Notes: generated by a model from the letters alone, not told the origin. DNA of 64,000 nucleotides from Octopus vulgaris (GCA_951406725.2 OX597824.1:92876001-92940000), one strand, 5' to 3'; shown: positions 13,601 to 27,173, numbered from the stretch's first letter. Numbers and translations are program-made.

Positions 13601-14250
13601 ATTAGGGTGTCAAGCAGAAATTGTGTACTTAGGTACATAGTAATCTTTGACAGCTGCTCATTTTGCGCCATCATTATATTTCGGACATCTTTGTTTGTTG
13701 TTAGAAAGGTGACACATTTATTCTTTTGTTCCATTTCATTTCACGCTTTATAAAATATTTATAAATCGTTTTTTGCTATTTTTGTTGAAATGGATAAGTC
13801 GGAAATTCGTACAGTTTTGAAATATGAGTTCTTTCTTGGAAATACACCATCAGATACAGCTCAGATTATTAATGGTGTATTTCAATTTAATGTTATTACA
13901 CAGTAGACAGTATGATATATCGGTTTGCAAAATTTCATTCTGGTAACTTTGACCTCACAAATGAGCAACGCGGTCGATCAGAAACGAAGGTGGATAATGA
14001 CGAAAGCCACTGTCGAGTCAGATCCATCTCAAAGTGCTCATGAATTATCGTTGTTGTTTGGTTTTAGCAAGCAAACAATATTGACTCACCGAGTTCAAAT
14101 CGGTAAAGTCGAAACGTTGGATAAGTGAGTTCCACATGAACTTAATGAAAACAGCAACGTTTGGAAGCCTGCATTATGCTACTTTCTCGTCACAAAACTG
14201 AATAGTTTTTGAATTGAATTGTAACATGTGATGAGAATTGGCTCCAATAG
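13601..14250 (+). mobile_element. Mariner transposon 5' fragment, pseudogenised transposase
   Basis: ATG at 13790: MDKSEIRTVLKYEFFLGNTPSDTAQIINGVF ... FHSGNFDLTNEQRGR ... LDK*VPHEL (WVPHEL motif) ... IVTCDENW (first catalytic D); stops and frameshifts; TIR-like tattagggtgtcaag at ~13600. Confidence 0.9.
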
Positions 14251-14705
14251 ATTAAAATACTTATGAGATTTTACCACGAGCAATCTTTTCATACAGGGAG
14301 TTGTATTTGGATTATACCCTATAGCCCCTTAAAACTTTTCTGAAATGGCCGTAGGTTTGGACTGATCCTTTGAATCGCCTCCTTCAATCTATTCTCACTA
14401 TAGTTTCTACTTTAATCGTACTCGTCATAGTGTTTAGATTTATATTCATATATTTCTATATTTTTGTCATTTACGTCTTAATATAAATATGTGGTTATTT
14501 AAATGGAATAATATCTCATGTCATACATCTGAATTATGAATTTGCTTGACTGAATGTTTAAAACTAATACCTCTAATTTTTATACTACACTAAATTTTAT
14601 TAATTTTTAGCTGATATACGAGCCAAAATCAGTTGTATTATATACTGGAGCCTTACCGCCATTATATATACAGAGAGAGAGAGACAGACAGAGGGAGACA
14701 GAGAG

Positions 14706-14736
<31 letters not shown>

Positions 14737-15670
14737 CAGATATACATATATATGTTTGTATATATATATATTTGTGTGTGTGTGTGTGTGTGCGTGTATG
14801 TATATTTATTCGACTTTTTTAGTCGAGCTTAAATCAGAGCCCATAGTTTGATCCCTTGCCTCGAGAGCGATGAGAGGGATGGTAAGAGTGATCCTCAACC
14901 ATTTGCAACGAAGCCGGCTGCACTAAAGCCACTCACGGTCTCTCATAAATGCATCAATTCATTGTGCTAAATCAGTGACAGATTACATCTACCCACCAAA
15001 CAGGTGGGAATCTGAAAGACGAGTAAGATACCTGGTTGAAAGACACCTGGTACAACTTCTCGCCTTTCCGAATATCATCAACGGTGTAGGTCTCTATCGA
15101 ACACGAAGCAACAAAAGGCAAATTCAACCTCGATTTCATTTGAACTCAGAGCGCAATCAGTCGAAATACATTGCTGTATTTATATAAATTACTTTCATAT
15201 TAGAGACCAGATCCTGCTAGGTTTATCTACCGAAGCTTTAATTTGAGACTGATCGATAAAATACGTATGAGTCAAGAAGAAGGCTTAATTGAATCAACAA
15301 CAATCTTTTCCCAAGATACCTGACATTTTTGCAAAGAGAGGAATTATGAATTACGGTCTTGCTTATAGTGATTTCAGAATCAGTCTTTGAATGCTAAATT
15401 GTTTCCGGTCACAAATACATGACAAATTCCGGGGTTTCTTTCATCTCTTACAGTTTTCAGTAACAGAATCGCTGATCAGTACACAAAGACGGTTGAGATT
15501 AAGAGTCGTAAAATATTACAGGGATTGTGTCTGAACTCAAGACGTGCCAGTTAGTTGCGATACTGAATTAAGGCATCCAAAAGTTCATTGTCGCAAGTTA
15601 TTGTTAGCTTTACTTTCTAAATGAGAATATTGAAATGAATGCGTTGATATAAGGGGCGCGTTCGTACACT

Positions 15671-15673
<3 letters not shown>

Positions 15674-15754
<81 letters not shown>

Positions 15755-15799
15755 ATACAGAAATACATATACATACATAGATATATATATATGTATATA

Positions 15800-15847
<48 letters not shown>

Positions 15848-15854
15848 AATATAC

Positions 15855-15915
<61 letters not shown>

Positions 15916-16029
15916 CATATATATGTATATACTTACATATATATATATATATGTGTTTTTGTATGTAAATGTACGTGTATATGTATTTATAGATGTATGC
16001 GTATGAGCGTATATATGTATATATATATG

Positions 16030-16110
<81 letters not shown>

Positions 16111-16210
16111 CATATACATACTTATATACACACACAAACATATATAGATGTATATCTATCTATCTATCTATCCATTTATCGATCTGTCTATCTATCTATT
16201 TATCTATCCC
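15674..16210. repeat. (TA)n/(TACA)n/(TCTA)n compound microsatellite
   Basis: Directly visible. Confidence 0.95.
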
Positions 16211-16901
16211 TATATGTTTATGTTTGTGGGGTGCGGGTATGTATACCTATATATTCAACATATTGCATTCTTGAAGAGTTATATTTTTTCCCTAGCTTTT
16301 TTTTTTCTTCCCAAACTGTCATTCAGTGAAATATTTTGGTGTTGTCTCTTTAATCATTGGCAGAGTGCAAACAAAAACTTCTCAGATCAAGGGAAAATAT
16401 ATAAGACCGCGTTCATTCAAGGATTTGCATTCATTCATTACACACACCAAAGGAGATTATAAAAACAAATGTATATATACCTGTATATATTTGTGCATGT
16501 GTGTATGAGTGTATTTATGCGTGTACGCACATATGTATCTATGTATGCATAAATGCAGTGTGTACATATATGCATATGTTTGTGCATGTATGTGTGCGTA
16601 TATATATATATATATGTATATGTACAGAGCAGAGTTAATGGCAGTTACGTAATGCAAATAAATGCATACACACACGCGCATGGCAAATAATATGTTATTC
16701 AGTGAACATTACAAGACAGAGCACAGCTTTAGTAATATACTTTACAACACTAGTTCCGAGGGAATACTTTGAAATAAAGGAAAGAATGCCCACCACCTCT
16801 ATACAGGAAAATACATACAAATTATGTATAAAACATATTTCCATATTTATATATAATAAACACACACACATACACGCATATACATACATATATACATGCA
16901 T

Positions 16902-16999
<98 letters not shown>

Positions 17000-17020
17000 G
17001 TAGATAGATAGGTAGATAGA

Positions 17021-17103
17021 TATGTTTCTTTATTAGCCACACAGGGCTGCACACAGATAGAACAAATTACAAGGTAGAGCTTTTCTTTTGAAGGTTTAAA
17101 AAA

Positions 17104-17134
<31 letters not shown>

Positions 17135-18020
17135 TAAAAAATAAAATAAAATAAAAAAGGGGGGTCGATCAAAATGGATCGTAAAAGGAGAGAAAGAGGA
17201 CAAAAAGAGGGGGGTAAAAAAAAGGGGGAGAGGAAAAAAATTGATCAATAGGGATCGTTATCACAGAAATGTCAATATGAAGTGTAAAGGGGAGGACAGG
17301 TGAGGTTTACCCGTGGAAAGAAAAGCCTACGGAAAAGACCACGGTAACCTCGGTCAATGAAGTCACATGTTATATTTCTTTTTTTTTTTTTTTGCAAATA
17401 AGCAACTCTCTGTATTAATTTTTACGGTTCATAGAATCATAGTCAAGGTGGCTTCGTCATTCATACGTGCCATCCTTGCTACATTCACCCATCTTTTTTT
17501 AAACATTCACTAGACAAAACTTGCCTCTCTACTCTCACTTTTTTCTTCAAGTGATACTTGAAGAAGTTGATGAGAGATTGACCAGAGAGGAAAGTGTTTG
17601 TCTCTAATCCTTTCAGACGCGTCCACCAGATACATTCTTTCGCCATAGCCACAAGTATGATAAAAATAGCTCTTCCTTCCCGTTTGAAGGAAGGAGGCGT
17701 GACGATATTAACGATAGACTCGGCGGATAAACCGACACGTCCCACACGTGACAGCAGTCGTTCGACATAAGCCCACAGGTGGGAAATTGCTGGATACTGC
17801 ACGATTGCGTGCAGAGCGGTTTCGTCGCTCTGCCCGCATCTCGGGCAGGTCGGCCCCGTGTTTCTCGAGCCATGCCTATAGAGCTTATCCCGAACGGGTA
17901 GCGCTTCTCGGTAGCACCGCCAGGCCAGGGATCTCTGGAAGTTGTCCATAGGTCCCGGGCCGAAAGTCGTTTGAAACAGGCGGGTCAGGTATTCCTCGTC
18001 GACGCCCAGGTTTGCCCCGG
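17021..18020 (-). mobile_element. 5'-truncated Tx1/L1-clade LINE (zf-RVT C-terminus plus 3' UTR)
   Basis: ORF 17485-17949 (LPVRDKLYRHG...CPRCGQSDETALHAIVQ) is a zf-RVT-type CX2C..H zinc finger; the frame stays open to the 18020 junction ([23 protein letters not shown]); pyrimidine-rich 3' UTR ending ctaataaagaaacata; GC-rich compared with flanks. Confidence 0.85.
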
Positions 18021-18102
18021 ATAGATATAAATAGATAGATAGATATATATATATAGATAGATAGATAGATATATAGATATAGATAGATAGATAGATAGAT
18101 AT

Positions 18103-18177
<75 letters not shown>

Positions 18178-18178
18178 T

Positions 18179-18268
<90 letters not shown>

Positions 18269-18298
18269 CGATAGATCGATAGATCGATCGATAGATAG

Positions 18299-18351
<53 letters not shown>

Positions 18352-18368
18352 TATAGATATAGATATAT
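18021..18368. repeat. (GATA)n microsatellite
   Basis: Directly visible; same repeat at 16950-17020 on the other side of the LINE. Confidence 0.97.
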
Positions 18369-19449
18369 ATGCATATTCAGGGAGAGAGAAAAAGAGAAAT
18401 AGCGAGTGAGTGTGTGAGAACGAGAAAAAGGGGAGAGTTACGTATTGTTGACTTTTTACTAATATCCTTATATCCTTTATGGTGCTAGCTTATAACCAAA
18501 GTTATACCAGTTTATTAATACCCTCCCATTTATCTATTTATGCATTTTGTTTTTGGTTTCTTTTTTGTTGTCTACATTCTTCGACGATTTATTTTCTTTT
18601 CAGTTTTTAAGACGACAGCGCGTGATTTGAAAACATTGGATGTAATTTCCAGCAACTCGAACAATCGCGTAGAGAATAATTCACTCCAATTTTGAGAAAC
18701 GGGTTGTTCTCTTTGTGACGGCGTACAAGAATAACCGAAGAAAGAACATTGCACGCTTATACTCCTATCTTCATCATTGGTGGTAATATTCCTTTTGTTT
18801 TTGTTTTATATTGTGCTCGTTTTTATTATTTTAAAAAACTATGTGATTCATAACGAAGCATAACTATTATCAGCGGTATTTCCATCCATAGCCATCCATA
18901 TTTTTTAAAAGTCTGTCAAATATTTTATTTTCCATTATGTACATCGAGACGACGGCTTGATTGTGCGGTTAAGAAAAGTGTTTTAACACTTCAAGGTTTC
19001 TTGTTCAATCCTTCTCCGCGGAACTTTGGTCAAATGACTTCTACAATTGCCCCAAGAAGACCAAAGTCTAGAAAGTGACTTTGATTGAATAAAACTGTGC
19101 AATATTGTAATAAGTACCTCCTGAATACACTCGTATGTATCTAACGTACATACCTCTTTAAAAACGCACTGGCGGGTGGTTATGGCTGCCACACAAGATA
19201 TCAGAACCTAAATACTAAAAATTGTCAAAAAGGAAGCATCTATCTTGCTTTCACACGTTGATATATACTAGCGGCTGCTGTTGCTATCGTAATTGTTGTT
19301 ATGATTACTACTACTTCGAACCAACGCCATCCAATCTTTTCTCCTTTCTCTTACCTGTGTATAGATGTCAATAGGTGCGTGTGCCTCTAGCCATGTGGGT
19401 GAGGCCTACTCCTCTTCCACCTGTACATTCTTGAAGAGTTGGACTTTTG

Positions 19450-19504
<55 letters not shown>

Positions 19505-19508
<4 letters not shown>

Positions 19509-19773
19509 ACCTCGAACTCACAAGAGTAAACAGGAGAGACAGAGTAAGGTAGAAACAATGAAAATGACCCTTGAATTTGAAAAGTATGCTAACATGCTTA
19601 AAAAAACTTTTCATATAATTTTTCCAAAATTTTATTGTTTTCCATAATTACAGTTGACAAAGTCTCAATGTCCGAAACCGGTACTGAAATGTTTTTTTAT
19701 AAAATTATTTTAGCATTTTCTACCTTGACTTTTTCCCCTATATACATATCAACTCGTGTGTACATTTTCAACC

Positions 19774-19776
<3 letters not shown>
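19505..19776 (+). mobile_element. Short (TA)n-embedded element with degenerate minimal hammerhead-like motif (Penelope-like terminus)
   Basis: cag-TTGACAA-agtctcaatgtcc-GAAACCGGTA-ctg at 19651-19686; (TA)n on both sides. Confidence 0.45.
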
Positions 19777-19808
<32 letters not shown>

Positions 19809-19818
19809 CATACACACA

Positions 19819-19869
<51 letters not shown>

Positions 19870-20203
19870 ATATATACATTGGATCATTTTTGCGTGGGGG
19901 TAGATGGTTTTGTGTCTGTGCATGTTAAAACATGACAACCGATGTAGTTCGCCCTAAATTAACAGTAAAAATGTCATCCTACATCATCAGTAAAAATTAG
20001 ACCAAGAGTATGCGTGTAGGAGTTGATAAATAAGTACTCTGTCTGATTACATTGGCTAACTATACCAAAACCTGCTCCAGCAAAACAGTGGTTTGAAGAC
20101 CGACCTTCTTTATGCATGTAGAGTGTAATTTGTTGCATATTCAGTAGCTATCACTAGAAACTGCGATCATCTTCTGTAACTCTATGCATAAAATTAATAT
20201 CAC

Positions 20204-20364
20204 GGGCAGGGGTGGCTGTGTGGCAAGTAGCTTGCTTACCAACCACATGGTTCCAGGTTCAGTCCCACTGCGTAGCACTTTAGACAAGTGTGTTCTACTA
20301 TAGCCTCGGGCCGACCAAAGCCTTGTGAGTGGATTTAGTAGGTGGAAACTGAAAGAAACCCGTC

Positions 20365-20399
<35 letters not shown>

Positions 20400-20634
20400 T
20401 ATATGTGTGTGTGTATGTGTGTGTTTGTGTGTCTGTTTGTCCCCCCAACATCGCATGACAAACGATGCTAGTGTGTTTACGTCCCCGTAACTTAGCGGTT
20501 GAGTAAAAGAGAACCAATAGAATAAGTACCAGGCTTACAAAGAATAAGTCTTGGGGTCGATTTTCTCGACTAAAGGCGGTGCTCCAGCATGGCCGCAGTC
20601 AAATAACTGAAACAAGTAAAAGAGTAAAAGAGTA
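20204..20634 (+). mobile_element. SINE family B, full length
   Basis: A-box-like tggctgtgtgg, B-box-like ggttcagtccc, internal (TA)/(TG) tract, tail aagtaaaagagtaaaagagta. Confidence 0.92.
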
Positions 20635-21211
20635 ATCCATGCCGTCGCAGGTCAAAGCTCATATCCTCACAAACACCAATCTCCCCGTATTTTTCAGAAC
20701 CAACAATGGTTATATGCTCCAGTGTATAAATACTTAATTTTCATTGCCATATGCCACTTGATAAATATTTGGCTGCTATGTCAAGCAATTTGAAGTACCA
20801 CGTAAGGATATCCTTATGAGTCATGCTTCCTCCCTTAGCAACATCATAATTGTTCTGCTTTAAATTTTCTCGTTGCTGTCGTTATCCTAATCGTTTCCTA
20901 CTTTTCATTTGCTTGTCGTTGCGCTTCTGTATACTTGTCAGTTTAAAATGCATGAAGGTGTTGAATTTACGGATAATTAATTTGCCGAAAAATCGCTCGT
21001 GAAATTAATTATCTAATTCTTGGCTTTTATCTATTTACTTGATATTTTATGTTTGCTCTTCTTCTTTCTAAACCATTTTCAACGGAAAAAATGATTATGA
21101 ATCACTTGTGATCTTTGTTGCTACAGATGTTACGTTACGGGAATTCATTTTATTCCACTTAATTTTGCAAGCAGCATTGATTTCTTAGATTTTTTATATA
21201 TTTTTTCCAGG

Positions 21212-21243
<32 letters not shown>

Positions 21244-21532
21244 TATCGTTAATATTATTGTTATTGTTGCGTTCGTTATTTGTTTATATTTACGTTTAAA
21301 AAATATATACATTATGTGAAAAAACATAAAGGTAATGTTAAAAATGAAAGAATCAGACTGCAAATGAAAAGGTTAGAAAATATAAATATAAAATGGGAAA
21401 GTAAGTTACTCATATTTAGATATTGAGTTCTTCACGACAGGTAGCGGGCGAAAAATGTTGTTTTTTCGAAAGAATAGTAAGCACGACCACACACAGGTAC
21501 GTATACACATACACAAATAAGTAACTGCTTGA

Positions 21533-21601
<69 letters not shown>

Positions 21602-21885
21602 CGTATGTGTAGTTATTTATATATATAAAACTGAGAATGTGTCTGTGTCTGTCTTTCTGCAAAACTCGAGAACTACCCTGCTGATTTCATTTAATTTTAG
21701 ACATGACTGGGGCCAAAAACATGTTCAACGTCTCGACTAATACGCGCCCAGACTTCGTTAAAACAATCCTTCCCGCAAAGCAAATTAAATAAAGTTTGGG
21801 AGTTTTTGTACATGTATGTGTGTACATGTATGCATACATACGTACATATATATATATATATATATGTTTACTTCGTAAAAACCAG

Positions 21886-22068
21886 TCGCGTTTCTTTTCC
21901 CTCTGTTCGCCCACCTCGGGATCTTTCCTTCTTCCTTCTCTTATGTTTCCGACGAAGAGCTCTGCTCGAAACGTCATACCCTCCTTCTTCCCTCTTTCCC
22001 GAGCGCCTAATAATAATACTTTAATTGTTCCACGTGTTGTTGTTTTTTCTGTTTTCCTGTTTGGATTA

Positions 22069-22072
<4 letters not shown>
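21886..22072 (+). mobile_element. Family D1 short element with hammerhead-like core, in (TA)n
   Basis: ttCCGACGAaGAGCtctGCTCGAAACGTCa; homologous to reverse-strand copies at 55868, 58020 and 61005. Confidence 0.7.
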
Positions 22073-22133
<61 letters not shown>

Positions 22134-22179
22134 GTAATTAGAATATATATATATATATATGTGTGTGTGTATACACATG

Positions 22180-22330
22180 AAGGTGGTGCATGATTCAGTG
22201 GTTAGGGTGTTGCACTCACATTTGCGATATTGTGGGGTCGATTCCCAGGCCGGCTATTGCGTTGTGTTCTTGAGAAAAAACTCTTCACTTCACGTTGCTC
22301 TGCAACCATATCGTCATCTGAAATGTGGCA
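22180..22330 (+). mobile_element. Diverged tRNA-derived SINE head (separate family)
   Basis: tgattcagtggttagggtg (A box) ... gggtcgattccc (B box) ... gttgtgttcttgag. Confidence 0.6.
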
Positions 22331-22557
22331 CCCGTTGCACCTGTACAGTTAGTATTTATCCGGTGGAGGGATTGTGAACAGTTGAAAATCTAAATTTTAA
22401 AAGAACTCACAAAAATTGGGATCGTATAATGACACTAGAATGCATAGGACGATCGAGAGAGAGAGAGAGACGTATACACACACAGGAAGAGAGGGAGAGA
22501 GAGAGGGAGATTTACAGGTATATACTTAATGACTAAACGTATATATTCTTGGATTTT

Positions 22558-22918
22558 GGAAGCACTCCGTCGGTTACGACGACGAGGGTTCCGGTTGATC
22601 CGATCAACGGAACAGCCTGCTCGTGAAATTAACGTGCAGGTGGCTGAGCACTCCACCGACACGTGTACCCTTAACGTAGTTCTCGGGGATATTCAGCGTG
22701 ACACAGAGAGTAAGTAAGAATGAGAGAAACAGGAAGTAAGAGTGAGAGAAAGTTGTGGTGAAAGAGTACAGCAGGGATCACCACCATTCCCTGCCGGAGC
22801 TTCATGTAGCTTTAGGAGTTTTCGCTCAATAAACACTCACAACGCCCGGTCTGGGAATCGAAACCGCGATCCTACAATCGTGAGTCCGCTGCCCTAACCA
22901 CTGGGCCATTGCGCCTCC
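22558..22918 (-). mobile_element. SINE family C, tail type 1
   Basis: Minus strand starts ggaggcgcaatggcccagtggttagggcagcggactc...ggtttcgattccc (tRNA-like A and B boxes); ends ...gtcgtaaccgacggagtgcttcc. Confidence 0.88.
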
Positions 22919-24484
22919 AGTATATATTCTATGTGTTTGTCAGTGTTTACGTGTGTGTATATTTGGCTCAATATTTTCGTTGATGTTTACGTATGTACAA
23001 GTGTGTTTGTAGCATTTATTGAAGGTGAGAGACGTTATATGCCTGTACAGCGTCAGATGCGAGAGATCCTAAAAAAAAAACGGTAACTTTAGGAAGAAAA
23101 GAAAAGCCAAATATTATGTAGGGAGAATCTCTTGGCAAATATTCCATTGAATATTTAAAGCTAATTGTAGAGCTGGTTGTCACATGTGAAACATTTTTTT
23201 TGGAATTTGTTGGGTAATACATCGATCGTTAACACAATTTATCTAAATATTCATAGCGTGGGAAATAGATTGTAATTAAAAGAAATTTTATGCTTCGTTG
23301 TTGTGAATTAGTTATCTGAGAGACAAGCTAATATCCCAAGGAAGAATCATTTGAGAAACTAAGAAATATAATCAAATATTTTGACGATAATATAAACATT
23401 AGAAAGAAATATTGGTGAACAAACGGAAGTTATAAAGTTTCAATGAAACTAATATAGATAAGCGATTCGTTCCCAAATATATAATAGATGGACCCCACTC
23501 AAGATCTTACATGCACAATGACAATTTATCAGGCAATGGTTGAGTGTTTAGTTCCAGATCATCACAGACCTAAATTCGTATATTTCGGGGGGACATATTA
23601 ATTTGGCTTCAAGACGTGGCTTTACCTATGCAAAAAACACATGTAAATATCCGTAAACATCTCGCTTTCTTATCACACAAAACAGTCTTGTTTGGCATCC
23701 ATAAAAATTCACTGATCAGTTATAGAAAGAGTAAACCCATACAAGCAAAACTCTTATCGCCATTCCATTAAGACGTCCGTTATGTTTATGTGAGACGTAT
23801 TTTATTCTATTCCGGGAGAAATCGGCTTTGAATCGAAAATCCAAATTATTGAAATGTTGCAGACAATTCTCAAAACTTTTGTGCTCGATATTACATCAAT
23901 TAGACTGATTATGTGCATAGCTATTCCCATAAATTAGAGTTCTTTCTGTTATCATTACGGGAGAGTAAGATGTTACCACAGCGGACAAAAGACTTAGCGG
24001 AAATTGTTCCAAATATTTCCTTCTGAACACATATACAGCTGAGATCGATAAAAATGTACCTGTTGAGCACATTGATCGATGTTATTGATTTCCTCTCCTC
24101 CTAAAACTGCTGGCGTTTTGCAAAAATTAAAAAGTGTTACTATTTGAAGTATATCACTTAGTTCCTTTCGAATACACAATACCGTCGTCATATAATTTAA
24201 AATAGGACTTGCATGGCTTTCACACGACTTTTCTCATCAAATTAATTATTAATCCCTTTTTGCTTTGCCTCTATTGATCGTTTTCGCGCGATTCCCTCGA
24301 TAATTTCCACTTGATGTCTGCGTAAGTATTACCTTTTTTTTTATTATTTATGGCACCGGACAAAAATACACAGCAGTATGTTATTCTCTGCTTCCATCGC
24401 AAGAGATCGATCTCTCCAAGAAATATCTCCGTATAATATATAACTTCAGCCCGCTCCCAACAACTTACCAGCATAAAAGGAATT

Positions 24485-24700
24485 TTGTATCTTTTGCCTT
24501 TTAATAATTACCGTTATTAAACTGCAGTCATGCTGTAGCACCGCCTTGAAAAATTTGGTCGAACGAATGACCTCAGAACTTCTTTTTTTTTTAGCCCAGT
24601 ATTTATTCCAACGGTTACTTTTGCTACACCACTGGGTTACAGTGACGTGAACACAGTAACGCAGTTTGATAAGCAGTGGTGGATGAACAACAAAGCCACG
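24485..24700 (-). mobile_element. SINE family B, diverged 3' half
   Basis: actgcagtcatgctgtagcaccgcctt...agcccagtatttattc...gtgacgtgaacac. Confidence 0.65.
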
Positions 24701-24723
24701 AAAACACATACAATATATATATT

Positions 24724-25029
24724 GGAGACGCAATGGCCCAGTGATTAGGGCAGTGGACTCGTGGTCGTAGGACCGCGGTTTCGATTCCCAGACCGGGTGT
24801 TGTTGTGAGTGTTTATTGAGCGAAAACACCTAAAGCTCCACGAGCCTCCGGCGGGGGGGTGATCCCTGCTGTACTCTTTCGCTGCAACTTTCTCTCACTC
24901 TTTCTTCTGTTGACCTGCTCGCTTAGCCAACGGACTGGCGTCATCTGAAGGCTAAAACAATGCGAAGCGCATTGTGACCAGCGATGTGTAGCAACATCTG
25001 ATAGCCTGGTCGGTCACGGTGATCACGGT

Positions 25030-25031
<2 letters not shown>
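24724..25031 (+). mobile_element. SINE family C, tail type 2
   Basis: Same tRNA head as 22918; ends gatagcctggtcggtcacggtgatcacggtga. Confidence 0.88.
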
Positions 25032-25065
<34 letters not shown>

Positions 25066-25070
<5 letters not shown>

Positions 25071-25197
25071 TGTGTTCGCCTCTGTAGAAGGGCGTAAGCT
25101 CGAAATGTAAAAGACTCTCACTTCCCGAGCGTTAAACAAATGCATGCTTGTTGTTTACACACCCGTCTTCGTCTTTTGGTTTTTGTAAATTTTCACT
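25066..25197 (+). mobile_element. Family D2 short element with hammerhead-like core, in (TA)n
   Basis: tctgtagaagggcgtaagctcgaaatgtaa; homologous to 28048 and 60622 (minus) and ~2470 (plus). Confidence 0.65.
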
Positions 25198-26132
25198 ATA
25201 TATACATGACGGTGTTCTTTCAGACACCATGCTCAACAAACCTCTTACCACAGACACAAACTTGTGCCTAGACAAACCTGAACCTAACTAATTTCTATCA
25301 ATAATATATGTAAACTTATGGCCTGTGTCCAGTTTATCACCGTCGGGTGTCAAAATAGTCGTTTACATGAAACATGGATTAAACTTTCGTAACGATGTTA
25401 TACTGGGGAAGGTAAATATTTCGGCGGGATCTTTAAGCATTCGACTGAATTTTGTTAGCGGATGATTGAATGTTGACTGAATAAAGAAGGTAAGTGGCTC
25501 TAGAAGTTATAAAAACCGTTAGAGAGAAAATAGAATTTAGTATTACTTGCAGGTTCTACCAGAGAGGTATCAGCTGTTGTAAGCTGAATACGAAAGAAAG
25601 AAATATTTATTTATTACATAATGCTTAGTGTAAAATTGTGTGGCGTTTGGAGATGAACGATAAATATTGTAAACATTATCTAAGCTCAGTAGATATTTGT
25701 GACACTTAGACATTTCAGATAATTTTCAAAATGCTCATATTTCGAAATAGTTATCGGAATATACATAATTGTCTGAAAATTGCTTCGTGTAACCCATTTA
25801 GAAAAAGACAAAGAAAAGGATAAATAAAGTATGAAGCCATAAGAACGACAAGCGCAGAACTGTTTTGCGGTATATAACAAAACAATAAAATCTATAAGAT
25901 TATTCAGCAAATAAATAAATAAATAATCACAAAATGTAGTTTGCTTCACAATGTATATAACATTGGTGACTAGATAGACGTGCAATTACATTTTTCACGC
26001 CTACAACCACACATATTAAACAGAAAGATAAGCAGCAAAATGTAAACACCCGTATATTCATGGTTATTCATAGCTGTCTACATACATGACTGTAAAAAAT
26101 AAATATACTCTATTCAGGTTTATTTGCGTTTA

Positions 26133-26601
<469 letters not shown>

Positions 26602-27011
26602 AATGTTACGGGTTAAAATTGTTGACAGCTTTGAAGCTGTTTGTTTACAGAACTGCCGAAGACGTAAACGTGAGTTCCTATATCAAAGAAGAAAATGTTT
26701 TCATTGTAAGCAGAACTATTGTTTACGGTTCAGATACACCTAATATTTATTCATATTCTTTACATCTTATAAATCAAGTAGTTTATATTTTGTTGCAGTA
26801 AGTGTTTGTAATATTTTCTATGTTTTTTTTTTTGTTTTTTTCTTATATCCGTAGCTCCGTTCTTTGTGATTTTGTCAAAAAAATGTATTTATGTTGTTTT
26901 TTTTATATGCACGGCTCAATCGGCAAATTCCTGTTTAAATTCTCTGCGGCCTATTGTGTTCGATGAAAATGCATTTTATGTGTAAAGTTCAATACAGATT
27001 TCTCTCATATA

Positions 27012-27173
27012 GGCGCAGGAGTAGCTGCGTGGTAAATAGCTTGTTTACCGACCACATGGTTCCGGGTTCAGTCCCACTGCGTGGCACCTTGAGCAAATGT
27101 CGTCTACTATAGCCCCGGGCCGACCAAAGCCTTGTGAGTGGATTTGGTAGACAGAAACTGAAAGAAGCCCGTC

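Noticed and set aside
22850-22918. tRNA gene (also 24724, 37694, 22180)
   Set aside because: A/B boxes run into shared SINE bodies and no full cloverleaf acceptor stem is evident
23080-23540. Possible very old Penelope RT relic (EYLKLIVELVVTCETFFLEFVG; FEKLRNIIKYFDDNINI)
   Set aside because: Only vague resemblance, several stops, no GxxMG or YxDD motif in place; needs BLASTX
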